Assembly (NCBI GenBank): GCA_951406725.2
Contig: OX597839.1
Span: forward strand, 32,178,001 to 32,242,000
Source of the DNA: Octopus vulgaris
Lineage: Eukaryota
DNA: 64,000 nt
Reading direction: 5' to 3'
Shown: piece by piece, positions 24,860 through 38,659 of the stretch
How the letters are laid out: the number at the start of each line of letters is the position of its first letter
Numbering within the stretch: position 1 is the first letter of the stretch
Position numbers and translations under genes: made by a program
Notes under the pieces: model-generated
What the model was told of the DNA's origin: nothing
Databases searched by the model: none
What the model saw: the letters and a program-made list of their open reading frames with translations, nothing else

Positions 24860-25074
24860 TACTACCCATAAGGGGCTAAACACAGAGAGGACAAACAAGG
24901 ATAGACAAACGGATTAAGTCGACCCCAGTGCATAACTGGTACTTAATTTATCGACCCCGAAAGGATGAAAGGCAAAGTCGACCTCGGCGGAATTTGAACT
25001 CTGAACGTAACGGCAGATGAAATACGGCTACGCATTTCGCCCGGCGTGCTAACGTTTCTGCCAGCTCGCCGCCT
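24860..25074 (-). mobile_element. SINE family C copy
   Basis: Reverse-complement copy of the 1074-1300 family. Confidence 0.8.
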
Positions 25075-25129
25075 TTTAGTGACTGAGTATTCCACAGACA
25101 CCCTTATGTTTCAATTCATTTAGAATTAC

Positions 25130-25680
25130 ATCCCACCCTTCCAGTGACCCCATCTCAAGGAATCTCTTCCATTCCTCAGTATCATCATCCATACTTAAAC
25201 GATTTCTACCTATCACCTCCTTCTTGTGCCTTCAGCCACTTCTTCCCCCCCGACTCCATTCTTAACACCTCTCTTGTCATATATATATATATAACCCCTT
25301 ATATACCCCTATATCTCTCCCTTTCACGTCACCCTGCACCCCCACCAACCACCTTCCAATCTAGCCTTCATCCCAAGCAACTTCTACCCCTCACCCCACC
25401 CCATATTTCTAATCAACTGCTAATTCCACCCTTGTTCCTCGTTCCCTATATCCACCCCTACCCCCCCCCACCTCTATGCATCTGTTACTCCCTCCCACCA
25501 TCCTCTCCTTTGCTCCAACACCCCAATCGCCACCTTTCTTCTCTATTTCCTTCAGCCAAAACACACCTGTGCTTGTCCCTTTATCTTACCTTAGCCCTTC
25601 CACACCTGCCGTGAAGCTACCCACCCCCCATCCTCACTCTCTCAAATAACAGTGGGAGCTTTTCTTTCTTTCTCTCTTGC
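25130..25680. repeat. C/T-rich low-complexity tract
   Basis: Strongly G-depleted, pyrimidine-rich plus strand. Confidence 0.7.
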
Positions 25681-26033
25681 AACCTCACTGAAGCATTCCG
25701 CTATAGAACCCATGCCAAAGCTGGCATTGGAGCATGATGTGGCCTTACAGCTCACAAGATCCGATCAAACCATCCAACCCATGCCAGCATGGAAAACGGA
25801 TGTTAAACGATGATGATGATGGTAATGATGAACTATCATTATTAAGTTGGTGTTTAGAACACAAGCAAGAAATTTAAATGGAAGATTTTTAATTCATTCT
25901 CAGAAAACCAAAGAGATTCTCAGTGCAACGCAAGTGTGTGACACACGGGTACAGTCGATCCGATGGCCTTTCACCCAATTTTACTGATGGCTGGGGTGGA
26001 CTTGAGGCTAAGGCAAATGACACTCCCTTGCCA

Positions 26034-26493
26034 TTAACCCTTTCATTACCAACCCGGCTCTAGCTCTGAGTACAAATGTCTTGTTTTCATAAGTTTTGAA
26101 TTAAAATCTTCCACCAAACCTTAGTCACAATTTATGTTCCTAACACTAGCTGAATGATAACTATTTTATTTTACTAAATTCTTTATCATCATCATCATCG
26201 TTTAACGTCCGTTCTCCATGCTAGCATGGGTTGGACAGTTCAACCGGGGATCTGGGAAGCCAGAAGGCTGCACCAGGCTCCGGTCTTATCTGGCAATGTT
26301 TCTACAGCTGGATGCCCTTCCTAACACCAACCACTCCGTGAGTGTAGTGGGTGCTTTTTACGTGCCACCTGCACTGGAGCCAGGCGAGGCTGGCAAACGG
26401 CCACGGTCGGATTGGTGCATTTTACGTACCACCTGCACGTAATTGAAAGAAACACTGAGCATCTCAAAATAAATACAGTAAGGAAAGGGTTAA
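26034..26493. mobile_element. piggyBac-like MITE (TTAA-CCCTTT...AAAGGG-TTAA) interrupted by a family-B SINE
   Basis: TTAA target sites and CCC/GGG ends; uninterrupted ~220-bp copies at 30176-30393, 32538-32765, 43576-43802 and ~53855-54079. Confidence 0.75.
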
Positions 26494-27130
26494 ACTGGGG
26501 ACCTCATGATCACAAAGTGAACTCCTCCAACATGCCACCAGTCAGTCATCACTCCCATCCTTGACCTGACAGAATCAGAACAAGAGAACTGGAGTGATGT
26601 GAAATAAAATGATCTTTCTCAAAGACAGAATACACAGAGGCTGGTCCAAGGATTGAACTCCTCACAACTCTATGATGAAGAACCGAACACTCGGCCAAAG
26701 CCCTTCATAGTAAAATCATACAAGGCAAATTGCACAATCATGGGACCGACCAGACTATCAGATGTTGTTATACATCACTGATCACAATGCACTTTGCCTT
26801 GTTTTAGCTTTCAAATGATGCTGCCCCATAGGCCAGGTGAGCAGGCCAACATTCCCCCTTGATCAAAAGGCTATTCTGTCAGAGGGTGGACCTATTTACA
26901 GCTGAGTGGACTGCAGCAACATGAATTGAAGTGTTTTGCTTGAAAGCACAACACACTGCCCTGTCCACGAATCGAACCCATAATCCAGCAACCATGAGCG
27001 CAACACCCTAACCACTCGGCCATGCACCTTCACACAAAACAAATATTCTAATTAACTAAAAAAAAAAAAAGTAACAGGTGATCATTAGTACGCATAACAA
27101 ACTTCAAAAGATATCATAATTAATACGTAC

Positions 27131-29535
27131 CCTGTTTTTCCTTGCATATACATACCACCCCTGCCATACGCAGTGTTGCGGTAACGATTGAAGCGATTGC
27201 TTGCAGGGTCCACAGGGGTCTGCGGTTCTTCGCCGTCTGTGAAATCAGGCAGCTTCCGGCATTTTATAGTTTTTCCCGGGTGAACAGTGTTATAGTGACT
27301 AAGAAGATTGGCCTTTGACGTTAAGACAAGTCCATCGCACAGGGTGCACGTGTAGTGCACTGCCCCTGGATGCTGACCAGTAACATGCTGCTGTATTATC
27401 TCGCGCTGATCAGTGGAAAATTTGCAGTATGTACATTGGAACCGATCAGGCACCTCGACAACGTCCTTTTGGTTGCCTTGCTTCCCACCTGGGCTGTTTC
27501 CATTGACAACAACTGAGATAAAGACAGGGTTAGATTTCGAATTCTTTTCATCGGTTGAACTAGCATCACCGGAAGCTGATTTAGCTGTGTTGCTGCCGCC
27601 GCTGCTGCCACCAGCACCACCACCGCTGCTGGCGGTGGTGCTGGTGCTGGTCACGTTTTGTTTGCTATCGTCGTCATCAGAAACGTTTTCCCGAATCTCA
27701 AGGTAATGCTCCTTCTCATTAATTTCAGTGGTTTTCTCAATTTTCTGTGGAAGATATTTGTGACTGGACTGATGGTGGATGGCAGCTGTGCCAAAAGTGG
27801 TGAAGTCAGTGCTGCAGTGACCACATCGGAACACTTTCTGGGTGATATGTGCATAAATGTGTTCTGTCATCAAGTCTTTTTCCTGACATGAATATTGGCA
27901 ATGGACACAGCTGTAACTTGGGGGGGTGGCTCCGGTCTTCTTTTCGGAATTGATTAGGAGTTTGGAAACGGTCACGGTTCGATTTTCATTGCCTTCTGTC
28001 CACTGTTTCGAATAAGATGTCCGTTTGAAGCCTTTGTTGGTGTTATTCGATTCGTTCTGACTGGAGATAAAGCTGAGAAAACTGCCTTCGTAGCTGTCCT
28101 GCTCAACACTAGGCGGATTGTTTGCTTGAGAATTGTAGTCAATAACCTTAATGCGCTTGACAAGAGGAAAATCTTTAGAGAGCTCGGAAACATCAATGTC
28201 GAGTTCTTTAAAGAAATCCGTTAAACCAACTTTACATGGTCGGCAACGCTTGATCATTTCCCTGACTAAGCCTCGTTTCCTTGACACACCTTGCCTGTAG
28301 ATAGTTGCCGAAGTTCCACCGTCCTGACAGTAGATGTTAGCTGAGGGGCTGCCATCTGGACGATAAATCGTAGCAGACGTGTTACCATCCACATGATAGA
28401 TTTTGGCCGAAGTACTGCCGTCTGGACGGTAAATAGTTCGTGAAGGAGAAGAACCATCCATACTAGAATCTGGGGTGGAATCATCAGAATGGTCTTTGTC
28501 AAGTGAGAAGCTCCCAAAACCTTTCTTGCCGCTTAAAGACAAGTCTCTCTGTTTGATATACGATGGTGTCGGACGCCATTTCGAGCCACGAATGAAACCC
28601 TTCCTAAGCAACATGCGCCGCAGTGCACTAATCTCTTTGGCAAACTTTATCTTTTCCTCTTCTTTCTCTCGGTCCTCATCATTCATATCATCCAGGTTGA
28701 TCGGAAGTCCATTCTCATCCAGATCAACTGCAGGAATGCTGCTCTCATCGTAAATGCCATATTCCCGATGCATGACATTCTTATCGAGAGTCTCACTGGT
28801 TTTCTTCAGCTTCATGCCTTCTCCCAGAAGCCCTATCTTCTCAAAAAACGATTGTTTGCTCTCAGAATCCGACTGGACGTCAGGGGACGTACTGCGGTGG
28901 CCCGTAGCAGATTCATTGGCTTCAGTTTCGTTATTGTCCGACTGTGTGGTTGCATTATCATCTAAAAGAGCAGATGGACTAATGCCATCTTTTTGGCGAG
29001 ATAAATTTGAATTTGGTTTGGAATCCAGCTGAGATTTTGCTTCGTCTGTTGATGCCATAGACCTTGAACCATCATCCCCCTCATCGGCCAACAGGTTTTT
29101 ACTCAAAGATTCGCTTTTGCAAGTGGAAACTTCTTCTTTCAAATCGTCCGAAGCCACGTCTTCCTCGTTGGCGCTGTCGTCAACCTCTTCTTTCACAGTC
29201 ACAACACTTTCACTCTTTTTCTTCACATCTGTTTTAGCATCAACTTTCCTCTTTTCCTCAACATCACCTTTTTCCTCCACATCACTTTTTTCCTCCACAT
29301 CACTTTTTTCTTCGACATCGCTCTTTTCCTCAGCATCGCTCTTTTCATCATCAACATCATTCTTTATCACGTCGGCTTCACTCTTCACGTCAGCTTCACT
29401 CTTCACGTCAGCATCACTCTTTTCATCGCCGGTGCCCTTTTCTTCAACGTCACTCTTTTCTTCAATGTCGCTCTTTTCTAGAGAAGAGCTGTCCCCCTCA
29501 GAGACATCTGTTGGCTGAGGAACCGGGCTGGACAT
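27131..29535 (-). CDS. C2H2 zinc-finger protein, large coding exon A
   Basis: ATG at 29535 follows acceptor-like sequence. Encodes acidic EKSDVE repeats and four C2H2 fingers (CVHC, CGHC, CTYC, CTLC). Donor GG|GTACGT, phase 2. Confidence 0.85.
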
Positions 29536-29914
29536 GGTGAGATGATGTCTTAAACCAAAACAACAAACTGAGCTGACAGGAAATTGAAAAAAAAAAAAAG
29601 AAAAAACAGACGAATTCTTATAAATACATAAAAACTCGTGTCTGGTGGCACATTGCAAATATCGTTAATGAACCATTAGTTGTGTTTATTTGCTTCACAT
29701 AATTGTTGTTGTGGGTGGTGATGGTCGTCTCTGGCTTGCTAATACTACGACTACTGCTGCTGCTGCTATATGGAAGACCAGACTCAAATGAAAATCTGAA
29801 TTCAGAGTTTTAAGCTCTTATCTTAAAGGGAAGCCAAGAAAAATAGTTTAAAACCAGAAGAAGTCCTAGAACAATTTGGGGGGGCAAGTTGCCAAAGAAT
29901 AAGGAACCACGTTA

Positions 29915-30069
29915 CATGGGAAAATTCTGTGTTTGGTAAATCAGGCAGATCGGTTGACGAACTGTCCTCTTGTTGAGTAGATTTAGTTCTTTTTAAGGAA
30001 TGTCCATTACAAACTCTGGTTCAAGATGAGCTGCAGTTCCCACCTGGAAATCACATTCTGCAGGATGTT
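29915..30069 (-). other. Candidate 5'UTR exon of the zinc-finger gene
   Basis: Strong polypyrimidine tract ending CTTCTAG at 30070. Donor is uncertain (GTGGGA ~30042 or GTAACG ~29915); no sustained ORF. Confidence 0.4.
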
Positions 30070-30175
30070 CTAGAAGGAAAAAGAGAAGAAAAAAAAAAAC
30101 AATCAGAATAAAAGAAATAAAAAAATTGAACAGATTATAAGGGAAAAATACAAAATGTTTATATATCGTCATCAT

Positions 30176-30393
30176 TTAACCCTTTCGTTACCCTATTTAT
30201 TTTGAGATGCTCTGTGTTTCTTTCAATTAATTTTAAACATAACAAAGAATTTAGTAAAATAACTTAGTTACCATTAAGCTAGTGTTAGGGACATAAATTG
30301 TGACTAAGGTTTTAATTCAAAACTTATGAAAGCAAGACATTTGAGCTACAGAGTCTGAGGCGGTTTCAGTCAGTTTGGTATCAAAAGGGTTAA
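30176..30393. mobile_element. piggyBac-like MITE family 1
   Basis: TTAACCCTTTCGTTACC...AAAGGGTTAA. Confidence 0.75.
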
Positions 30394-32537
30394 TATCCAT
30401 TAATAAATGTCTGTTTGCATGGGTCAAATTTTCTCTAATGGTCAGATCTTCCTGCCATCAACCGATTTCCCTTTGACCCCAAGTCTCACACAACACTGCA
30501 AACAAGTAATGCATCTTTTGCCCGACAGGGGGCACCTGTTTACAACTATCACAATGCCAAGACGCACACACACACTCAAACAAGGGCTTCTTTCAGTTTT
30601 CACCTACTAAATCCAATCACAGTGCTTTGGTCAGCCTGTGGCCACAGTACAAGACACCTGCCCAAAGTGTCACATGGTGGGATTGAACCTATAAACCACA
30701 TGGATGGACAGTGTATATACATCGCTGGTCACAATGCACTTTGTTTTAACTTTCAAATGATGCTACCTTGCTGGCTAGGCAAGCAGGCCAACATTCCCCC
30801 CTGATTGGAAAGCTAGTCTGTCAGGGTGACCCGTTTACAGCTGAGCGGACTGGAGCAATGTGAAATGAAGTGATTTGCTCAAGGACACAGTATGCAGCGA
30901 GCCTGGGAATTGAACCCACAATCTAGTGATCATGAGTGCAACATCCTTAATCACTAAACCACATGCCTTCACATATACATATATATATATAGATTTATTT
31001 TGTTTTTTTTCTTCAATTCGTTTCAGTCATTTGACTGCGGCCATGCTGGAGCACCGCCTTTAGAAACGTTTTTTCTTTTATTAAACCAACAAATCTCAGC
31101 CAGCATCAAGATAATTGAAATTTTAACAATCAAGAGAAATTAAAAAAAAAATTGTGAGCAGGTGAAAACCTGTAAGTATAGCAAGTGTGTACATCAGGTA
31201 TGTTACCTTCATGGGTTGCAATGAACTTTAATAATAATAATAAATTTTCATTGCTAATTACCCGGTTGTAAATCAAAGATGTTTTCAACCACAACAATAT
31301 CATCTTTTATTCGACCTGTGTCATCTAGACTTACCACAACGAGCCCTTCCCTTTTTTTACTTTTAGACTGTTAAGAGTAATTTGGCTGCTATTTCTAGCA
31401 GATCAGAGGACCACCTCAAGGTACCTTCATTATCAAAAGGGATTCTATACACGATTGGTGTTTCTCCATATTGCTCCCTCTTGTTTTTTGAATTATAATT
31501 ATTCCTAGAAATAGCACAAATGTTGCACCTATACCGAAATAATCCAATAATGATACTCATCATCATCATCATCATCATCAAGGCAGTGAGGTGGCGGAAT
31601 TGTTCAGATGCCAGACAAAATGTTTAGGGGGCATTTTGTCCCACTTTTGTCTATGTTGATTTTCTCTTTCATCCTTCAGAGTCAACAAAATAAGCATCAC
31701 ATCGACTCACCCGCTCACCCACAATTGCTGGCCTTGTGCTAAAATTTGAAACCATTATCATTATAACTACTACTACTACTACTACTACTACAACGGGGTG
31801 GTGGTGAGCTGGTCGAAGCATTACTATGTTGGACAAAATGCTCGGCAGCATTTCTTCTGGCACTTTACACCGGTCAGGTCTTGCCGAGGTCAACTCTGCC
31901 TTTCATTGTTTTCTGGCCAAGTACAGGGGGTTGATGTAAACAACTTTCCCCCTCCTCTCAAAATGAGAAAGAATTATTTAATTCTTTCGCATTTTGTCCC
32001 CTCGTGCCAAAATGAGAGAGAATTAATTAATCCTGTCCCATTTTGGTAAAAAAAAAAGGGCAAAGAGCTTTGCCCATTCCTTCTGGGGGAGAGTTCAACA
32101 GAACAAGTCCCAACAACGAACTCACGTTGATTCTATTAACTACAATCCTGCCACAAAAAATCCTAGTGTTTTATGCCTCCCTGTATCTGAAACCGTTATT
32201 TAGAATTACAGGATCAGCTCTATGGTGACCATCTGGTGCCCAAACACCCGGGTGGCCATGTTTATACAACACAACAGCTACAGGCAATAATAGTCAAAGG
32301 TTAGGTGAAGAGCTGGAAAAACAAACCTCACACACACACACACACACACCACATTGCAATTATTTTAAACATTACACATATTGTATACATTAATGTCATG
32401 TTGTTTTGAAAATAAAATATTATTATTATTATTATTATTATTATTATCATTATTAGAGACACTGGACAGGTCATTGATGCACAACATTTTTGACAACAAC
32501 AATACCACCAAAACAATATCCCAAATATACGTGTGAT

Positions 32538-32992
32538 TTAACCCTTTCGTTACTGTATTTCTGTTGAGATGCTCTGTGTTTCTTTCAATTACTTTCAATA
32601 TTACAAAGACTTTACTAAAATAACTTGGTTATCATTAAGCTAGTGTTAGGAACAAAAATTGTGACTAAGGTTTGGTGGAAGATTTTAATTCAGAACTTAT
32701 AGAAACAAGACATTTGTACTTAGAGCCAGAGCCGGTTTCAGCTGGGTTGGTAACGAAAGGGTTAACCTTTCAGCATTTAAACTGACCATATCTGGTTGAA
32801 ATATTCTACCTGTCTTGTGTTCCAACAGGCCAGATCCGGCTTCTCGCACCTACCCAAAAATGTCATTCTAGAAATATAGAATTACATCATCATGATCTGA
32901 GAGCTATGAGATAATCCATGATTAATCCAAAATAATGTGAATGAATAAGGATTATATTTGACAGAAGAGTAAAGTGAATGCTGACGGATTAA
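32538..32992. mobile_element. Two adjacent piggyBac-like MITEs (families 1 and 2) sharing one TTAA
   Basis: Family 1 at 32538-32765 is followed by family 2 (CCTTTCAGCATTTAAAC...) at 32762-32992. Family 2 also occurs at 2003-2234 and ~15186-15408. Confidence 0.7.
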
Positions 32993-33504
32993 GTAATTAG
33001 GATGACTTCATTCATTTCCTTCAATGCGTGATTTCAGATCACGCAATCACTGAAGAAATATATGACTCCAAAACTAAATTCTGTTAAGACTCTAGACCAA
33101 GCATGGGCAAACAGTGGCCCGTGGCACTTTCTGAATGGCACACCTAACAAAAAATGAGCTGGAATTTCTTCTACTAGTGCAGCCCACTAAATGAAGAACC
33201 TTATCTTGTGTAGCCCAAATACTTGAAAACTATTGTGCATGTCTACACTTGGAGACTAAATTTCTGACACAATTTAGTCCTTCCACATATTCAAACAGGG
33301 AAACTCTCAATTCAACTTCCCTCTATTATTCCGTTAAATATTTAAAGCTGTTGTATCATAATGGAATTTAATTTGACAAAGCAACAAGTTAAATCAATAA
33401 AACAAATCTCATCCAATGCAACTCTGGATCTGAAACAGTCTCAATTCGTCCTAAACCAGGACTGCCATGTTATGTTGGCAAACAATCTTTACTCCAAAGT
33501 ACTG

Positions 33505-33895
33505 TTACTCTTTTACTTGTTTCAGTCATTTGACTGCGGCCATGCTGGAGCACCGCTTTTAGTCGAGCAAATCGACCCCGGGACTTATTCTTTGTAAGCC
33601 CAGTACTTATTCTATCAGTCTCTTTTGCCGAACTGCTAAGTGACAGGGACGCAAACACACCAGCATCGGTTGTCAAGCAATGCTAGGGGGACAAACACAG
33701 ACACACAAACATATATATATATACATATATACGACAGGCTTCTTTCAGTTTCCGTCTACCAAATCCACTCACAAGGCATTGGTCGGCCCGGGGCTATAGC
33801 AGAAGACACTTGCCCAAGATGCCACGCAGTGGGACTGAACCCGGAACCATGTGGTTGGTTAGCAAGCTACTTACCACACAGCCACTCCTGCGCCT
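33505..33895 (-). mobile_element. SINE family A copy
   Basis: Full-length copy with the same head, core and tail. Confidence 0.85.
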
Positions 33896-36583
33896 GTTAC
33901 TGAATATCTCATGTTCTGAGATTTAAAAATAGTAATTTTCTAACTGAACAGTCTCCTCTTGAACTTTCTGCTCCTGTCCACACACTCGCCCCCCCCCTCA
34001 AAGTTAAATATATCACATCTCAAAGATGGCCAAAACAAAACCTCACATTACAAATGTCCAGAGTCAACCACCCACCTCCAGTTTGGCCACCTTGCTCCCA
34101 CAGTGTGGAGAAAGTGAGAGGTCAAATGAAAGGAACCGATACATACAGAGTTAAGCCTGCTAGAAATATGAACCAAATCCCATCCCCACAACTCAAAAAA
34201 GGAAGGACACTTTGAATCATGCAGGTCTGAGGCATAAGGAAAAGACAAGATGGTCACAGGTGGACTACCATTTGATCAGAGCTAACCCATAACAAAAGCT
34301 GCTACTTCATAACAACTCTGATTCTACTCTTGTAATTCAGATTGAAATCTCAACTGTCCACTCATAATTATTCCTTCCCATGTATGACCATCGTTGAGTC
34401 AGTCATCTTCAGGTTTACATTCTGGATCAGTTAGAAACACCGACATCCGTTGACATTTTCCGGTCAGCAGACCATCTGGGGGGGGGGGGGAGACTGTGCT
34501 TTCAAAGACAACAACAATGAATACTCCCTCACCTGATGAAAAAAACCAGTACTGATCACGGTCTCAATAAGGCTGCTCACCTGTCCATGGAGGACTTCCT
34601 TACTCATATACAATATATATATTTCTTTACTACCCACAAGGGGCTAAACACAGAGGGGACAAACAAGGACAGACAAAAGTCTATTATATCGACCCCAGTG
34701 CATAACTGGTACTTAATTTATCAACCCCGAAAGGATAAAAGGCAAAGTCGACCTCGGCGGAATTTGAACTCGGAACGTAACAACAGACGAAATACGGCTA
34801 CGCATTTCGCCCGGCGTGCTAACGTTTCTACCAGCTCACACACACACACATCAAAGGCAGGAAGGTCCACAAGATGTGAAACAATGCCTTTAATAGCATA
34901 AACACAGAATGTAAACACAAGACACACAGACACACAATGAAGGAAACCCAGTCCATAAGGAATTGTCAATGCAGGGCTATAGTAAGTTTAACCAGGGTGC
35001 TGAGTAATGGGACTGAACCCAAAACCATGTGATTACAAAATGGACTTCTTAACCACACAACCGTACCCACCCCCGTTATGATACAAAATGGTTACAGAGT
35101 TAAGTGATCATGTTGCTAACCAGACGGTTATGAGTTCAAATCTAGAAGAGCCAGTGATTTTGCTTTTCACCCTTTCAGGGTTAAAATACTAAGTGCCGAT
35201 AACTGAAACACAAACTACTACAGATACTGGAGTACAATGCAGCCCCTGGCCCTCCACACACGAGGGACAATAATCCTTTCGTTACCAACATTTCTGATGA
35301 AAAAAAAAAAGCTTTGTTTCAATTAATTTTGAAAATAATAAAGAATTTAGTAAAATAAAAGTCGTTATTAAGATCGTTAAAGACGGTGAGCTGACAGAAT
35401 TGCAACCAGGCCAGACAAAATGCTTTGTGCTGCTTCACTTGTCTTCTTTGCATTCTGAGTTCAAATTCCACCAAGGCCACCTTATCCTTTCAGGGTTGAT
35501 AAAATGGGAACCAGTTGATCACCGGGGTCAATGTAACTGACTTACCCCCTTTTCCAAGCATGCTGGCCTTGTACCGAAATTTGAAACCATCATTAAAATG
35601 GTTAAGGTGGCAAAATTGTAAACACATCGGGCAAAATGCTAAGCAACCTTTCATCTGTCTTTCAGGTTCCAAGTTCAAATTCTGCTCAAGTCAACTCTGC
35701 CTTTCGAGGCTGATAAAAGAAGTACCAGTTATGTACTGGGGTTGATGTAATCGACTGTCTCCCTCTCCACAAAATGGTGTTTCATCATCATTTAATGTCC
35801 GTTGTCCATGCTGGCATGGGTTGGACTGTTTGACCAGGGCTGGCATACTGGAAGGCTGCACCAGACTCCAGTCTGATTTGGCATGGTTTCCTATGGCTGG
35901 ATGCCCTTCCTAATGCCAACCACTCCGAGAGTGTAATGGATGCTTTTATGTGCCACCAGGATGACACTGGAACATTTAATTTTAGATCACTTCAAAAACA
36001 AGAGAATTTCTATAATTGAACCAAGGGGCAATATCAGGCAGGTTGGTATCCAAAGGATTAAAACGATGACGATGATGATGATGACCGATTTGATTTTAGC
36101 CCAGGCCTAAATGGGGCAACACAATTTCTTCCTCTCAGACAAAGACCAAAGTGTTAAGAATCTATATTCTTCACAACAAATAAACCAATCAGACTCCTCT
36201 CCTATTGACTAATTGATGCCAATGCAGACCATCACCAATTACCATTTGTTTCTGCTGAAGTAAAGTTGGCACAGTGCCTTGTCAAAAGCAATCCATAAAG
36301 TATTTAACAATTTACACACAGACACACAGATCTGCCCTATCTGAACAATCACTAAACACTGGAGTCAATACAAGTGACTGGTGGTGTTTGTTGTTAGGAT
36401 GAGACTATCAATGCTGCACTGTAGCCATAACGGAAACGCTGAATCGCTGTGGAAATGGTGAGTGTTGCTGCTGTCAAAGAGGAACCAAACCCAGTGCAGG
36501 CTGGGGTCCAGTACTGACAGATCACAACAAGGCTGCTCACCTGTCCAGGGAGAACTTCCTCATTCATATTCAATATATAGTAC

Positions 36584-36642
<59 letters not shown>

Positions 36643-37652
36643 ACATACACACAGACATCTAGCAGGCATGGTAAGAAGTTTACTTCCCAACCACATGGTC
36701 TGAGTTCAGTCCCACTGCATGACACTGTGGAGCAATTGTCTTCTACTATAACCTTGGGCCAATCAAAGCCTTATAAGTGGACTTGGTAAATGGAAGCTGA
36801 AAGAAGCTCATCATATGCATGTGTGTTTCAGTCTTGTGTTTATCCCAGCTTGAGAACCGCTGTGTGTGTGTATATATATATGTCCTTGTAACTTAGTGGT
36901 TCAGCAAAGGAAACTGATAGAATAAGTGCCAGGCTTAAAATATAATAAGCACCAGGGTCGATTCATTCAGCTAACAATCCTTCAAGGTTGTGCCCCAGCA
37001 TGGCCTTGGTCTAATCACTGGAACAAGGAAAAGATAAACGAGAAGCAGCTGGCTCTGAATGTTTTCTTTCTCATCAGACAAAAGATGAACATTTGTTTCA
37101 AAAACATTGAATGTGGCAGATACCGTTGTTGCGCAAACTGGCACCTGTGCCAGTGGATATTAAAAAGGTTGAGAATCCACTGCTCTATGCAACTGACTGA
37201 ACTGTTAAAAATAGCAGCTAAATCTCCCCAAGATACTGTAAAAAAGATGGAATGATCACAACTGCAGTGCTTCCCACATAATCTTGCACAATAAGGGTTA
37301 ACCCAAGGAGAAACAATACCAGGTGCATACTTTATTAACCGAGGACAAATGAACGTTGAACTCAGTATCATTTGAACTCAGAATGCAAAGAGCCATCACC
37401 TGATTATCAGTATTTTAACATCTGCTTTTCCATGCTGCCATGGGTTGGATGGAATTTGTTGAGGTGGGTTTTGTGTAGTCAGATGCCTTCCTCATCACCA
37501 ACCCTCACCTGTTTGCAGGTGAGGTAATATATCCTCCACGACCAAACATGTTTTCACGGAAGATTGGAAACAAAGGATACCAGTTGTGTAACAGGGAGTC
37601 TCGCTTGCAACTATCATGGGAAGACAAGGAAAGGAAACAACAACACACCCAC

Positions 37653-37697
<45 letters not shown>

Positions 37698-38419
37698 AGG
37701 GGGATTCTTTCAGTTTCCACCTACCAAATCCACTTGCATGGGTTTGGTCCACCTACCAAATCCACTTGCATGGGTTTGGTCAGTCTGGTACTATAGTAGA
37801 GGGCACTTGCCTCAAGGTGCCACACAGTGGGACTGAACCTGGAACCATGTAGTTAGGAAGCAAGCTTCTTACCACATATGCACCCCTGTCTGTGTGTGTG
37901 TGTGTAGCAATGGCATTTTTTGCATTGTTGGAAAACAAATCCCATTCCAGTTGCCTAGTTGCTTTAGTGAACAGAGTAAAAAGACCATTGCTAGCCACAA
38001 GCTACAAACATTTTATGAGCTGACAAAACAGTGAAGGATATCAACCACCACCGGAACACCTTGTCTAGTAAACAATTGGAATATTCTATGATTTCCAAGA
38101 GCATGTGGTTGTTGCCATCACAGTTACACACAATGAGCCTAACACACACACACACAGTGGAACAATGGAGTGAGTAAAATCTGGAGGCACGGGTTTGCAG
38201 ATGAGGAGAGATGACTTTGCTGATATTCGTCATGGTGGGTGGCCTTGTGCCAATGTCAGAAATCAATATCTGTCATGCTACTGTAGTCTCTCACCTAAAG
38301 AACTCTATATCAAAGTTGACTTAATCAGGTCACACACAATACAATTCTCTCTCTCTCTCTCTCTGGCAATATACATTTACTGATAACTTCATCGGCTGGT
38401 GTTGAAAAATCAAAGCAGA

Positions 38420-38467
<48 letters not shown>

Positions 38468-38601
38468 CTTAAACACATAGCAAAAAATAAAACTAAAAAA
38501 AGGGGGCAGTTCGAATTCAACAGAGAAGTGAGACTAGGAACAACAGATTCACTGCACAATCTGATTCACTTTCAACAGAACTGTGTCTGCAAGCTGGAAT
38601 T

Positions 38602-38659
<58 letters not shown>

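Noticed and set aside
25144-25614. Pro/Leu/Ser-rich 156-aa ORF
   Set aside because: Artefact of a pyrimidine-rich low-complexity tract.
21661-29518. Plus-strand ORFs overlapping the zinc-finger exons
   Set aside because: Antisense shadows of the real CDS.
29536-29658. N-terminal extension of the 857-aa ORF (MQCATRHEF...)
   Set aside because: Runs through a poly-T splice-acceptor region from a non-ATG start; intronic/UTR.
37719-37781. ~31-bp tandem duplication
   Set aside because: Ordinary slippage inside a SINE copy.
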